64,000 bases of DNA from Candidatus Firestoneibacteriota bacterium (GCA_038042445.1 JBBTED010000059.1:20972-84971); one strand, 5' to 3'; shown: positions 28,513 to 39,362, numbered from the stretch's first letter. Numbers and translations: made by a program. The notes: generated by a model not told the origin, from the letters alone.

Positions 28513-30039
28513 ATGAAAACTACGCGAAGAATTACACAAATATTATTTTTGGTTTTATTTCTGATTTTGATTTTAAAAACCACATATCCTCTTAATTTTA
28601 AACATACACATTTATTTTTGAGTATGAGTTCTCTTTTGGCACTTACTCAAATGTTAAGTGTTAGGTCGTATGTTCATTCTTTTGAACTCGCAATTATAAT
28701 AGCTATTGGGACAATATTTTTAGGCAGATTTTTCTGTGGCTGGGTATGTCCATTTGGAACCACATTGGATATAACAGACAGGTTATTTAAAAAGAAAAAA
28801 AACATAGAAAAAAAAACACAAAAAAAACTCATATCAATAAAATACATTTTATTGATATTTTTACTTGTATTGGCAACACTTGGAATACAGATTGCTGGAT
28901 GGTTTGATCCTATATGTATAAGTGTTCGTTCTTATGGTCTTGTAGTCTATACCTATTTTAATTTTTTGGCAGAGAAAACCTTTTTGATTTTGGGTAGATT
29001 ATCCATAGTTGGTGGAGTAGCAGATAAATTTTATAATTTTGCGAAAGAGAATTTTCTTGCTTATACTCAGCCTGTATTTTCCGGTTCAATTTTAATATTT
29101 TTATTTTTTATAGGTATTTTATTTCTTGGTATTTTTCTGCGAAGATTTTGGTGTAGAAATTTGTGTCCATTAGGAGCATTATTTGGTTTTTTGAGCTTAA
29201 AGCCATTAGTTTTAAAACGCTATGTTTCAGATACTTGCGATTCCTGTAGTTTGTGTGAAAGTAAATGTAAAATGGGCGCAATAACCGAAGAAGGCAAAAC
29301 AGAGATAACAGGAGAATGTATTTTATGTTTTGATTGTGTCCAGAAATGTCCTAAAGGAGCAATTGACTATAAATTCACAAATCATAATTACAAATTGCCA
29401 AAGTTTGATACTGTAGATATCTCAAAAAGATCATTTGTATTTTCTTTAGGAGCAGGTTTAATTTCTGTTCCATTTTTTGAAGTTAATTTTTTGAAAAACA
29501 AAGTCAATAATATAATTCATCCACCTGGGAGTGTGTCGTATGAACAATTTTTTGCTAAATGTGTCCGATGTGGTGAATGTATGAAAGTATGTCCTACTAA
29601 TTATATACATCCTGCTTTGTTTGAAAAGGGTGTTGCTGGAATGTGGACACCTAATTTGAATGCTCGGCTCGGATATTGTGAATACAACTGTGCTTTGTGC
29701 GGAGAAGTTTGTCCGAGTGGTGCAATACAAAAACTTTCTATAGAGGAAAAGAAAAAGACAGTAATAGGTATTGCATATTTTTGCAAAAGTAGATGTATTA
29801 CATGGATTGGATATGATAATTGCACGGTTTGTGAAGAAATGTGTCCTGTTCCGGAAAAAGCAATTGTGCTTAGAAAAGAACATATTATTGATCCAGCTGG
29901 AAAAAAGAGAATTTTGCTTAGACCTTATGTAATTGAAGAGCTTTGTATTGGATGTGGAATTTGTGAAACTAAATGTCCTGTTGAAGGCGCCTCTGCAATT
30001 AAAATTATAGGTTTGAAATATCAGAAAAAAATAGCATAA
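28513..30039 (+). CDS. Membrane polyferredoxin (NapH/MauN plus MauM-like 4Fe-4S protein)
   Basis: GRFFCGWVCPFG, RFWCRNLCPLG, many CxxCxxCxxxCP motifs; usual partner of DUF362. Confidence 0.9.
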   Translation: MKTTRRITQILFLVLFLILILKTTYPLNFKHTHLFLSMSSLLALTQMLSVRSYVHSFELAIIIAIGTIFLGRFFCGWVCPFGTTLDITDRLFKKKKNIEKKTQKKLISIKYILLIFLLVLATLGIQIAGWFDPICISVRSYGLVVYTYFNFLAEKTFLILGRLSIVGGVADKFYNFAKENFLAYTQPVFSGSILIFLFFIGILFLGIFLRRFWCRNLCPLGALFGFLSLKPLVLKRYVSDTCDSCSLCESKCKMGAITEEGKTEITGECILCFDCVQKCPKGAIDYKFTNHNYKLPKFDTVDISKRSFVFSLGAGLISVPFFEVNFLKNKVNNIIHPPGSVSYEQFFAKCVRCGECMKVCPTNYIHPALFEKGVAGMWTPNLNARLGYCEYNCALCGEVCPSGAIQKLSIEEKKKTVIGIAYFCKSRCITWIGYDNCTVCEEMCPVPEKAIVLRKEHIIDPAGKKRILLRPYVIEELCIGCGICETKCPVEGASAIKIIGLKYQKKIA

Positions 30040-30720
30040 ATGCAAACTTTCGGTGTTTTATATATTGTGAGTACTCCAATAGGTAATTTAGAAGATATTA
30101 CTTTAAGGGCACTTAGAATTTTAAAAGAAGTGGGTTTAATAGCTGCTGAAGATACAAGGAGAACCCGTAAACTTCTTACTCATTATGAAATACATACTCC
30201 AATTACCAGTTATTATACATATAATAAATTTGTAAGAGGAATGGAATTAATTGAAGAGCTTAAAGCCGGCAAAAATATTGCTCTTGTATCAGATTCAGGC
30301 ACACCGGGAATATCAGACCCCGGAATAGATTTAATTAAACTTGCAATTTCGCATAGCATAAAAGTCGTTCCTGTGCCAGGTCCCTCTGCAGTAATTTCAG
30401 CATTGGTGGGTGCAGGTTTTTCAACACATGAGTTTGTATTTGTAGGTTTTTTAAGCAAAAAAAATAGTCATAGAAAAAAAGAATTGATGGGTTTGAAAGA
30501 CGAAAAAAAAACAATTATTATATATGAATCCCCATATAGAGTAAAAGATACTATGCAGAATATTCTCGAAATTTTGGGAGATAGAAATGTTGTTATATGC
30601 AGGGAATTGACAAAGCTATATGAAGAATTCATACGTGGAAAGGCAAGTGAAGTTGTTGAGAGTTTAAAAACAAAAACTTTGCGTGGTGAATGTACAATAG
30701 TAATAAAAAATTATGAATAA
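30040..30720 (+). CDS. rsmI: 16S rRNA C1402 2'-O-methyltransferase
   Basis: STPIGNLEDIT, AAEDTR, SDSGTPGISDPG, YESPYR, RELTK.YEE. Confidence 0.96.
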   Translation: MQTFGVLYIVSTPIGNLEDITLRALRILKEVGLIAAEDTRRTRKLLTHYEIHTPITSYYTYNKFVRGMELIEELKAGKNIALVSDSGTPGISDPGIDLIKLAISHSIKVVPVPGPSAVISALVGAGFSTHEFVFVGFLSKKNSHRKKELMGLKDEKKTIIIYESPYRVKDTMQNILEILGDRNVVICRELTKLYEEFIRGKASEVVESLKTKTLRGECTIVIKNYE

Positions 30721-31363
30721 ATTAGTAAAAATAATTATAGGAATTATATTATTATTTTTATGTATAGCATTTACTGTTTCTCTTAGTCATTCCATTGCCA
30801 AATGGGATTTTACCGAGAAATCACAACTTATATTTTTTGGAGGTGTAGTAACATATTTTATACTACATCTTTTGTTTTTGCGGCCGATATTTGTTCACGT
30901 GATAGGGCACGAAATAACACATGCTTTATGGGCATTGGTTTTTGGCGGCAGAGTAAAATCTATGGAGGTATCTTCAGAAGGTGGAAATGTTGTAGTTGAT
31001 AAAACAAATTTTATCATAACATTAGCCCCATATTTTTTTCCGATTTATACAATAATTTTAATTGCTTTGTATTTTTTGATAAAAATAGAATATTTGCCTT
31101 ATATTGTTTTTTTTATCGGATTTACATGGAGTTTTCATATAATGCTTACAATGTATTCACTTAGAGTCAAACAGACAGATTTTAAGGAATCAGGCTTTTT
31201 ATTTTCTATAACATTTGTATATTTAATGAATATATTTATCTTAAGTCTGATTTTAGCATTAATTTCACCAAATACTATAAAATTAGAACAAATTTTGAAA
31301 AATTTCATTGATATTTTAATACAAATTGTATACTGGGTTGTAAAAGAGGTAAAAATAAAATGA
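30713..31363 (+). CDS. Membrane protein, M50B-like metallopeptidase
   Basis: HEITH (HExxH) within TM segments; LAPYF. Confidence 0.7.
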   Translation: MNKLVKIIIGIILLFLCIAFTVSLSHSIAKWDFTEKSQLIFFGGVVTYFILHLLFLRPIFVHVIGHEITHALWALVFGGRVKSMEVSSEGGNVVVDKTNFIITLAPYFFPIYTIILIALYFLIKIEYLPYIVFFIGFTWSFHIMLTMYSLRVKQTDFKESGFLFSITFVYLMNIFILSLILALISPNTIKLEQILKNFIDILIQIVYWVVKEVKIK

Positions 31364-32544
31364 CAAAGTTAATTCCAACAACTTTTTATATTTTATTAAT
31401 TTCTATTTCTACTACTGTTGAACTTTTTGCAATTGACCAATCTTGTCCTGATATTGTGGATTATATTGATAAAACATATGGAGCAGGAATCCGGCAGATA
31501 AATAATCCGAATGGTCATGAGCATAATATTTATTATCATCGTAATCCTTGGAATGCTGATAATACTTATCTAATCGGAATAAAATCTGATATCAATCAAA
31601 AAAATTGGAAAGTTGTTCTTTATAATGGCAAGGGTTGTTTTATTAAAGAACTTTTTTCTATAGAGAACTATGATTGGCGATTAGTGTGGGATAGGAATGA
31701 CCCAAAAATTTTCTATACATGGAAAGGTTCAAATCTGTATAGATATAACGTTGATACTGATAAAGCTGATTTGTTAAAATCATTTGCACCTTTAGGTTTA
31801 AAAGTTTGTGGGCCATCATTGAATCAAACGGGAGATAGAATTCTTGTAATTACTTCTGATGAAATTTTCCATTCTTATCATATTCCTGATATGCAAGATG
31901 AACGAACCTTTGCAGTAGGTTTTCAATCTGGCTGTTTTACTGATTGGGAAGATGAACGTTATATTGGTTATGGCAACTATATTGTTACTGGATGTAATTC
32001 TAAAGATTGGACTACTGAAATTACATATATCTATGATGATACAGGAAAACTCTATCATAAGTTCGATGGGATATCATTTCCACATAAAGATTTTTCTCCT
32101 GATGGAAAATGGGCATATTTCAAAATGCCAACATATGCTAGACGGGGAGGTAATGTAACATCACTAGAGATACATCTTGTAAATATTGATGGAACCGATG
32201 ATAAAATAGTTTATACTGTTTCTCAATTGCAGGCTGGATATATTCGGAATTTACATCTCTCTTGGCCGGACAAAGTGAATAATTGGTTTATCGCTTCTTT
32301 CTTTCCATCTGCAGAGTATCTTCCTAAAACGTATACACCACCACTGGATGAAATTCTATTGATTAACATTGATGGTACATATAAATATCTTTGCAGAACA
32401 GAAACTACAGTATCAAGAGGTTTTTCTATGTTTTGGGCTGAGCCACTTGCAAGTTCAAGTAGTGATGGTACGCGTATTAATTTCAATTCCAATCGTTCAG
32501 GCACAATAGACCAATACATTCTTTTTATGGAAAAAGATAAATAA
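31360..32544 (+). CDS. Exported beta-propeller hypothetical protein
   Basis: Signal peptide; WNAD, FSPDGK, SSDGTRI.FNSN motifs. Confidence 0.7.
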   Translation: MTKLIPTTFYILLISISTTVELFAIDQSCPDIVDYIDKTYGAGIRQINNPNGHEHNIYYHRNPWNADNTYLIGIKSDINQKNWKVVLYNGKGCFIKELFSIENYDWRLVWDRNDPKIFYTWKGSNLYRYNVDTDKADLLKSFAPLGLKVCGPSLNQTGDRILVITSDEIFHSYHIPDMQDERTFAVGFQSGCFTDWEDERYIGYGNYIVTGCNSKDWTTEITYIYDDTGKLYHKFDGISFPHKDFSPDGKWAYFKMPTYARRGGNVTSLEIHLVNIDGTDDKIVYTVSQLQAGYIRNLHLSWPDKVNNWFIASFFPSAEYLPKTYTPPLDEILLINIDGTYKYLCRTETTVSRGFSMFWAEPLASSSSDGTRINFNSNRSGTIDQYILFMEKDK

Positions 32545-32545
32545 A

Positions 32546-33541
32546 ATGAAAAAACCAATTGTGCTAATTACTATGGGTGATGCCGCTGGTATTGGCCCTG
32601 AAGTAATAATTAAGGCATTATCTAATAAAAAAATACATAAAATATGTTTTCCTGTAGTAATTGGTGACTTGAGTGTAATGCAATTTGCAATTTTAAAATT
32701 CAAATCAGATTTTAAAATAAATATTGTAACTGATATAAAAGCAGAGAAATTCATACCAAAATGCATAAATCTATTTGATATGTCAAATTTAAATGCAAGT
32801 GAAATTAAAATGGGACAGATAAATAAATTAGCTGGAAAATCTTCAATAGAATACATAGAAAAAGCAGTTGAATTAATAAATAAAAATATGGCAAATGCTG
32901 TTGTAACAGCACCTATTAATAAAGAAGCTATTGCAAGAGCTGGGTTTTGGTATCAAGGTCATACTGAGTTTTTGGCAAAACTTACAAATACAAAACATTT
33001 TGAAATGATGTTAGTTGGTGGTTCGCTTAAAGTTGTTCTTGTTACAAGGCATATTCCTCTAAAAGAAGTAAGCAAGTTTTTGAGCAAAGAAAAGATTGTT
33101 CAAACTATTAAGATTACCAACAAATATTTAAAGGAATATTTTAATATTAAATCTCCTAAAATAGGGGTTTTAGGTTTAAATCCACATTCTGGAGAAGGTG
33201 GGTTATTTGGTTTAGAAGAAAAAGAGATAATAATTCCCGCAATTAAATATGCAAATAAAATCAATATAAATGCAATAGGGCCACTTGTTCCAGATGCTTG
33301 TTTTTATAAAGCTCTTAAAGGTGAGTTTGATGCATTGGTATGTATGTATCATGATCAGGGATTAATACCACTTAAAATGTTGTTTTTTGACAAAGGAGTT
33401 AATATAACACTTGGGCTTCCATTTATTCGCACATCTGCCGACCATGGGACAGCTTATGATATAGCTGGTAAAGGGATAGCTAATTGTGGAAGTATGATTT
33501 TTGCCATAGAATTGGCTGCTAGGTTTTCCCAAAGATGCTAA
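32546..33541 (+). CDS. pdxA: 4-hydroxythreonine-4-phosphate dehydrogenase
   Basis: TMGD.AGIGPE, GHTEFLA, LNPHSGE, MYHDQG, RTS.DHGTA. Confidence 0.96.
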   Translation: MKKPIVLITMGDAAGIGPEVIIKALSNKKIHKICFPVVIGDLSVMQFAILKFKSDFKINIVTDIKAEKFIPKCINLFDMSNLNASEIKMGQINKLAGKSSIEYIEKAVELINKNMANAVVTAPINKEAIARAGFWYQGHTEFLAKLTNTKHFEMMLVGGSLKVVLVTRHIPLKEVSKFLSKEKIVQTIKITNKYLKEYFNIKSPKIGVLGLNPHSGEGGLFGLEEKEIIIPAIKYANKININAIGPLVPDACFYKALKGEFDALVCMYHDQGLIPLKMLFFDKGVNITLGLPFIRTSADHGTAYDIAGKGIANCGSMIFAIELAARFSQRC

Positions 33542-34398
33542 TTCTTAAAAAATCATTAGGCCAGAATTTGCTTTTCGATGAAAACATTTTAAATGAGATA
33601 GTAACTGCAGGCGAAATAACAAAAGATGATATTGTCCTTGAAATAGGTTGTGGCACAGGTAATTTGACAAAAATTTTAGCCCAGCATTCGAAATTTGTTT
33701 TAGGTGTAGAAATAGACCATAATTTGTGTGATATTTTAAAAGAAAATATGCTACCGTACGATAATGTTAATATTGTTAAAGAAGATATATTAAAAATAGA
33801 CTTGAAAGATTTAATCACAAATTTTTTTAAAAAAAATAACTTGTCGCAAATTAACACTAATGTGAAGGTTGTTGGAAATCTGCCATATTATATTACAACT
33901 CCTATTTTGATTAAATTATTAAAAGAAAGAGAAAATTTTAATACAATCGTAATTATGGTGCAAAAAGAAGTTGCAGAAAGAATTGTTGCCAAATCGGGTA
34001 GCAAAATTTATGGTAAACTTTCATTGTTAGTTCAGTATTATGCATTGCCTGAAATTATTACAAAAATTTCAGCAGAGGCTTTTAGTCCTAAGCCAAAAGT
34101 AGATTCTGCACTTATCAAGCTAAAAATTTTACCTAAGCCAAGTGTATATGTTAAAGATGAAGAAATGTTTTTCTCAATAATAAAAGCTGGTTTTGGAGGA
34201 AGACGAAAAATGTTTAAAAATACAATTAAAAATGCTTTGCATTTACAGGAAGACATTATTTTGAAGGCATTTAATATAGCGAAAATAGATGCCAAATCAC
34301 GTGCAGAAGATTTAGATATGGATAAATTTGCAGTGCTTTCTGAAGAATTCACGAAAGTAAAGATGCATTGCAATGAGTCTCTACAAAAAGCAAAATGA
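33535..34398 (+). CDS. rsmA: 16S rRNA adenine dimethyltransferase
   Basis: KKSLGQN, LEIGCGTG, GNLPYYIT, MVQKEVA, PKVDSA. Confidence 0.96.
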   Translation: MLILKKSLGQNLLFDENILNEIVTAGEITKDDIVLEIGCGTGNLTKILAQHSKFVLGVEIDHNLCDILKENMLPYDNVNIVKEDILKIDLKDLITNFFKKNNLSQINTNVKVVGNLPYYITTPILIKLLKERENFNTIVIMVQKEVAERIVAKSGSKIYGKLSLLVQYYALPEIITKISAEAFSPKPKVDSALIKLKILPKPSVYVKDEEMFFSIIKAGFGGRRKMFKNTIKNALHLQEDIILKAFNIAKIDAKSRAEDLDMDKFAVLSEEFTKVKMHCNESLQKAK

Positions 34399-35288
34399 GA
34401 AATATTAAATTTATAGTTAATCCTATTTCAGGTGATGGCAAAGGCAAAAATGCTGCTTTGCAGATTGAAAATTATTTTAAGAACAAAAAAACTAATTATT
34501 CTATAGATTTAATTCCACATCCTGGAAAAATTTCTTTTTTAGTAAAAAATGCTGTGAATGAAGGTTATGATATAATAGTAGCAGTTGGTGGAGATGGAAC
34601 TATAAACGGGGTTGTAAATGAAGTTTTTGGAGAAAATGTATTGTTTGGCATTATTCCTGTTGGTTTTGGCAATGACTTTGCAAGACATCTAAGAATCCCA
34701 AAAAATATTTCAAAAGCTTGTAAAATTATAGAAAATGCCAATACTATTCCAATTGATGTTGGGAAAATAAAATCCCGTGGTGCAAATGATAAATATTTTA
34801 TAAATAGTGTAGGTTTTGGTTTTGATGGTTTAGTGTTGCATGATGCAGAAAAATCACGTGGTAAAGCACATAGTTTAGTTCGTTATATAGTAAGTATATT
34901 AAAAACAATACGACTTTTTAAATCTATAAAATTGAAAATTATGTTAGATAAAACATACGAAATAGACACAGATACTTTAATGATAGTTATCGGTAATTCT
35001 GCGTATGAAGCAGGTGGTTTCAAAGTTACTCCGAATGCAAAACTTGATGACGGACTTTTAGATATTTGTATATTAAAAAAAATGAGTAAATTTCAGTTTC
35101 TTATACATATGCCTAAAGCTTTTTATGGCAACCATATGGATAGTTCTTTAGTTATGACATATCAAGCTAAAACCATAGATATATTTTCCGATTCTGTCTT
35201 GTATGGTCACATAGACGGTGAAAAAATACAATCCACACACTATAACATAAAAGTAATACCCAAAATCCTGCAACTTATAGTTCCATAA
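34395..35288 (+). CDS. Diacylglycerol kinase family lipid kinase (YegS/DgkB-like)
   Basis: NPISG, GGDGT, P.G.GNDFA, DDGLLD, DGE. Confidence 0.9.
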   Translation: MRNIKFIVNPISGDGKGKNAALQIENYFKNKKTNYSIDLIPHPGKISFLVKNAVNEGYDIIVAVGGDGTINGVVNEVFGENVLFGIIPVGFGNDFARHLRIPKNISKACKIIENANTIPIDVGKIKSRGANDKYFINSVGFGFDGLVLHDAEKSRGKAHSLVRYIVSILKTIRLFKSIKLKIMLDKTYEIDTDTLMIVIGNSAYEAGGFKVTPNAKLDDGLLDICILKKMSKFQFLIHMPKAFYGNHMDSSLVMTYQAKTIDIFSDSVLYGHIDGEKIQSTHYNIKVIPKILQLIVP

Positions 35289-35360
35289 ATCTTAGAAATA
35301 AACACTTGGAAATAAAAATTAGTTGCTTATCGCAAATATTTTGTGCTAATATAATTTTAA

Positions 35361-35444
35361 TATGGTCTGGTGGAAAAAATATCAACCATAAGGGAAAAAA
35401 TTATACTGTCTCCTTAAAACACACAGTATCAGGGAAAAAATTAT
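35361..35444 (+). promoter_or_regulatory. Structured leader upstream of the manC-like gene
   Basis: TATGGTCTGGTG...ACCATAA (similar to 2631-2660), then AGGGAAAAAATTAT twice (35391, 35431) flanking an ATACTGT/ACAGTAT hairpin. Confidence 0.45.
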
Positions 35445-37941
35445 GAAAGCTGTTATAATGGCAGGGGGATTTGGTACACGACTTAGACCTATTACTTGTA
35501 ATATTCCTAAACCGGTTGTTCCTTTAGCAAACAGACCTATAATGGAACATATTATCGAACTTCTAAAACGTTATGGGTTTGTGGATTTAGCTGCAATACT
35601 TTATCATCAACCTGAAATAATTACAGAATATTTTCGCGATGGTGTGGAATTTGGTGTGAAGATGAGTTATGTCAGAGCTGAGTCTGACCTTGGGACTGCG
35701 GGTAGTGTAAAAAAGGCTGTTAAATTATTAAATGAGAGATTTTTAATTATAAGTGGAGATTTGCTTACTAATTTTAATTTATCTGAAATTATAGATTATC
35801 ATATCAAAAAGAAAGCACTTGCAACTATGGTTTTAACTCGTGTTGAAAATCCACTTCAGTATGGAGTTGTTATCACAGAAAAAAATGGTAAAATATCCAG
35901 ATTTTTAGAAAAACCTTCATGGGGAGAAGTTTTTAGTGATACGATAAATACAGGAATTTATGTATTAGAGCCACAAGCACTTAACTATATTCCGGACGAT
36001 CAGGAATTTGATTTTAGCAAAAATCTTTTTCCTCTTTTTCTTGAAAAAGGTTTGCCTCTTTATGGATATGTAGCATCAGGTTACTGGAAAGATATTGGGA
36101 ATTTATCTGAATACAGGTTAGCGCATAGTGATGTTTTAAATGGCAAGATAACTCTTAATATACATGGCCGTAAAATTGAAGATAAAAATAAGAATCTTTG
36201 GATAGGAGAGGAAACAAATATTGATCCACAGGCTATTTTGGAGGGTTCGATAATAATTGGAAAAAACTGTACTATCAAAAAGAATGTCCGAATTTCAGGT
36301 TCTGTGATTGGTGATAATTGTGTTCTTGATGAAGATGCTGATATAAAAGATTGTGTATTATGGGATAACATATATGTGGGTCCTAGTGCAAAAATATTAG
36401 ATAGCGTTATTTGCAAAGGTGTAGATGTAGGTGCAGATGCGCAAGTAGAAAAAAATGTTGTAGTTAGTGAAGAGTGTGTTCTTGGCAGGGGAAGTTTAAT
36501 TAAGCAGGATGTAAAAATATGGCCTTATAAAACTATAGAAGACGGAGCTACATTGTGCACAAGTTTAATATGGGGCGATAAATGGTCAAGAGCGTTATTT
36601 GGTGAATATGGAATAGTAGGGCTTGCAAATATAGAAATAACACCTGAATTTGCAGCAAAATTGGGAGCGGCTTATGGAGCTACTTTAGATAAAGGCGCAA
36701 CAATTTTAAGCTCTCGGGATATACATAAAACAAGCAGGATAATACATAGAGCGATAATGTGTGGTTTGCTTTCTTCAGGTGTGAATATAGTTGATTTTGG
36801 AATTACACCAATACCTGTAGCTCATTATGTGTCTAGGCCACTTGGAACTTGTGGTGGAATACATATTAGAAGGTCTCCTTATAATTCACAGGTTATAGAC
36901 ATTAAGTTTTTTGATGAAAATGGAATGGATTTAAGTTCTTCAAGAGAACGGAGTATAGAAAGTTTGTTTTTTAGGGAAGATTTTAGACGTGCCCAGATTG
37001 AAGAAACAGGTGAAATATCTTTTCCATCCAGAGCTATGGAATTATATAGAGACGGGTTTTTAAATTTTGCAAATGTTAAAGAAATACAAAATGCAAAATT
37101 TAAAATTGTTGTGGATTACGCTTATGGTCCGGCTGCCACAATATTTCCTTCGCTTCTTGGAAAATTTTCCTGTGAAGTGGTTGCTTTGAATTCACATATG
37201 GATGCTTCAAAACTTACTAAAACTGCGGAGGAATTTGATCATAGCTTGAAACAGCTTTCTAATATTGTTGGAACATTAAAAGCAGATGCCGGATTTTTGA
37301 TGGATGCAGGTGGAGAGAAAATTTTTATGGTTGATGAACTTGGAAAGGTTGTTTCCGGAGATGATGCATTGGGATTGATTGTGTCACTTGTATTGTCGAG
37401 CAATCCATTTTCTACAATTGCTGTTCCAGTTACTGCTTCTAGAAATATTGAAGAAATAGCAAAAAAAAATGGGTCTATTGTTTTGCGGACACGAACTACA
37501 TATCGTTCTATGATGGATACAGCACAAAAAAAAGATGTGATTTTTGTAGGTGAAAATAAGGGTGGATATATATTTTCAAAATTCAATACTACTTTTGATG
37601 CAATGATGTCTATAGCAAAGCTTCTGGAATTTCTGGCAAAACATAAAGTAAAAATATCAACAGTTTTGAAAAAATTACCTAAGTCAGTAATTATTCGCGA
37701 GCATATTTCTTGTCCATGGGAACTTAAAGGAACAATTATGCGTAATTTAATAGAAGCAACCAAGTCGCATAAAGTGGATTTAATAGATGGTGTTAAAGTG
37801 TATCATAACAGGGATTGGGTTATAATAGTTCCAGATCAGGAAATGCCATTATTACATATTAATGCTGAAGCATCTGATGAGCAAAAAGCAAGGACATTAG
37901 TAAATAAATATATAGAACAAATCAAAAAATGGCAAAAATAA
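35443..37941 (+). CDS. Mannose-1-phosphate guanylyltransferase-like nucleotidyltransferase fused to a degenerate phosphohexomutase domain
   Basis: MAGGFGTRLRP, hexapeptide repeats, then a PGM/PMM fold lacking the SHNP and DxDxDR motifs. Confidence 0.88.
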   Translation: MKAVIMAGGFGTRLRPITCNIPKPVVPLANRPIMEHIIELLKRYGFVDLAAILYHQPEIITEYFRDGVEFGVKMSYVRAESDLGTAGSVKKAVKLLNERFLIISGDLLTNFNLSEIIDYHIKKKALATMVLTRVENPLQYGVVITEKNGKISRFLEKPSWGEVFSDTINTGIYVLEPQALNYIPDDQEFDFSKNLFPLFLEKGLPLYGYVASGYWKDIGNLSEYRLAHSDVLNGKITLNIHGRKIEDKNKNLWIGEETNIDPQAILEGSIIIGKNCTIKKNVRISGSVIGDNCVLDEDADIKDCVLWDNIYVGPSAKILDSVICKGVDVGADAQVEKNVVVSEECVLGRGSLIKQDVKIWPYKTIEDGATLCTSLIWGDKWSRALFGEYGIVGLANIEITPEFAAKLGAAYGATLDKGATILSSRDIHKTSRIIHRAIMCGLLSSGVNIVDFGITPIPVAHYVSRPLGTCGGIHIRRSPYNSQVIDIKFFDENGMDLSSSRERSIESLFFREDFRRAQIEETGEISFPSRAMELYRDGFLNFANVKEIQNAKFKIVVDYAYGPAATIFPSLLGKFSCEVVALNSHMDASKLTKTAEEFDHSLKQLSNIVGTLKADAGFLMDAGGEKIFMVDELGKVVSGDDALGLIVSLVLSSNPFSTIAVPVTASRNIEEIAKKNGSIVLRTRTTYRSMMDTAQKKDVIFVGENKGGYIFSKFNTTFDAMMSIAKLLEFLAKHKVKISTVLKKLPKSVIIREHISCPWELKGTIMRNLIEATKSHKVDLIDGVKVYHNRDWVIIVPDQEMPLLHINAEASDEQKARTLVNKYIEQIKKWQK

Positions 37942-39353
37942 CTTTTGGTACATCAGGGTGGAGAGCTATAATAGCTGAGGATTTTACTTTTGAAAATGTT
38001 TCTATTGTAGCTCAGGCGATTGCAAATTATCTTGCTGAAAGCAAAAGTAAAAGCATTGTTATAGGTTATGATACACGTTTTTTGTCTGAAAAATTTGCTC
38101 ATAGTGTTGCTGAAGTAACTTCTGCAAATAAACTACACACATTTTTAGCGCATAGAGATGTTCCTACTCCAGTAATTGCTTTTGAAATCTTAAGACGCAA
38201 ATCCGGAGGTGGAATAAACATTACTGCAAGTCATAATCCTCCGGAATATAACGGGATAAAATTTTCTTCCAATTGGGGAGGTCCTGCTACTACAGATGTA
38301 ACAAAACAGATAGAAAAAAATATTCAAGAAATTCTGAAGGGCAAAAAAAGCGTAAAAAAGATTTCAATTGAAGAAGGAGTTAAAAAAGGCAATATTGAAT
38401 TCATACAGCCATATTTTGCATATTTTAAGAGAATAAAAGATATTGTTGACTTTAAAATTTTAAAAAAATTAAAGAAAAAAATAGTTGTGGATTGTTTTTA
38501 TGGAACAGGCAGAGGATATTTAGATGAACTTTTATCACAAGCAGGTTGTAGTACAGTAATATTACATTCAAAAAGAGATGTTTTGTTTGGTGGAAAAACT
38601 CCAGAACCATCTGGCGAAAACTTGCAGGAATTAATTGCTACAGTTAAATCGCAAAATGCTGTATTAGGTCTTGCAATGGATGGAGATGCAGATAGATTTG
38701 GCATAGTAGATAGAGATGGAACATATTTAACTTCAAATGAAGTGTTGGTATTACTTTTTAAATATTTGGTTGAATCCAGAAACTGGAAAGGTTGTGTTGT
38801 CCGAACTATTGCAACGACTCATCTTATAGATGCAATGGCGTCAAAATATAATGTTCCTGTAAGGGAAACACCTGTTGGATTTAAATATATTGGTGAAATA
38901 ATGACAAAAGAAGACATAATAATAGGTGGAGAAGAGAGCGGTGGGCTTTCTGTTTACAGGCATATTCCTGAAAAAGACGGTATACTTGCTTGTTTGCTTA
39001 TTGCTGAACTTGTTGCTGCTTATGGTGGTAAAACTTTAAAGTCTATTTTGAAAGAAATACATAAAGAATTTGGTACATATTATAACTCAAGGATGAGTTT
39101 AAAATTAGGGGAAGACAAAAAAGTAAAACTACTGCATTTATTTAAAAATAATCCTCCTGAAAAATTGGGGTATTTAAAAGTTACACATTTAGATACCAGA
39201 GATGGATTTAAATTTATTTTAGAAGATGGAAATTGGATGCTTATGAGGTTTTCCGGAACAGAGCCACTTGTACGTTTATATTTTGAAGCTACTAATTTGA
39301 AATCGCTACAGGCTCTAAAAAAATCCACACGAGAAATAATATCAAAACTTTGA
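37929..39353 (+). CDS. Phosphoglucomutase/phosphomannomutase
   Basis: FGTSGWR, TASHNP, DGDADR, GEESGG, RFSGTEP. Confidence 0.94.
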   Translation: MAKITFGTSGWRAIIAEDFTFENVSIVAQAIANYLAESKSKSIVIGYDTRFLSEKFAHSVAEVTSANKLHTFLAHRDVPTPVIAFEILRRKSGGGINITASHNPPEYNGIKFSSNWGGPATTDVTKQIEKNIQEILKGKKSVKKISIEEGVKKGNIEFIQPYFAYFKRIKDIVDFKILKKLKKKIVVDCFYGTGRGYLDELLSQAGCSTVILHSKRDVLFGGKTPEPSGENLQELIATVKSQNAVLGLAMDGDADRFGIVDRDGTYLTSNEVLVLLFKYLVESRNWKGCVVRTIATTHLIDAMASKYNVPVRETPVGFKYIGEIMTKEDIIIGGEESGGLSVYRHIPEKDGILACLLIAELVAAYGGKTLKSILKEIHKEFGTYYNSRMSLKLGEDKKVKLLHLFKNNPPEKLGYLKVTHLDTRDGFKFILEDGNWMLMRFSGTEPLVRLYFEATNLKSLQALKKSTREIISKL

Positions 39354-39362
39354 AGGAAGAGT

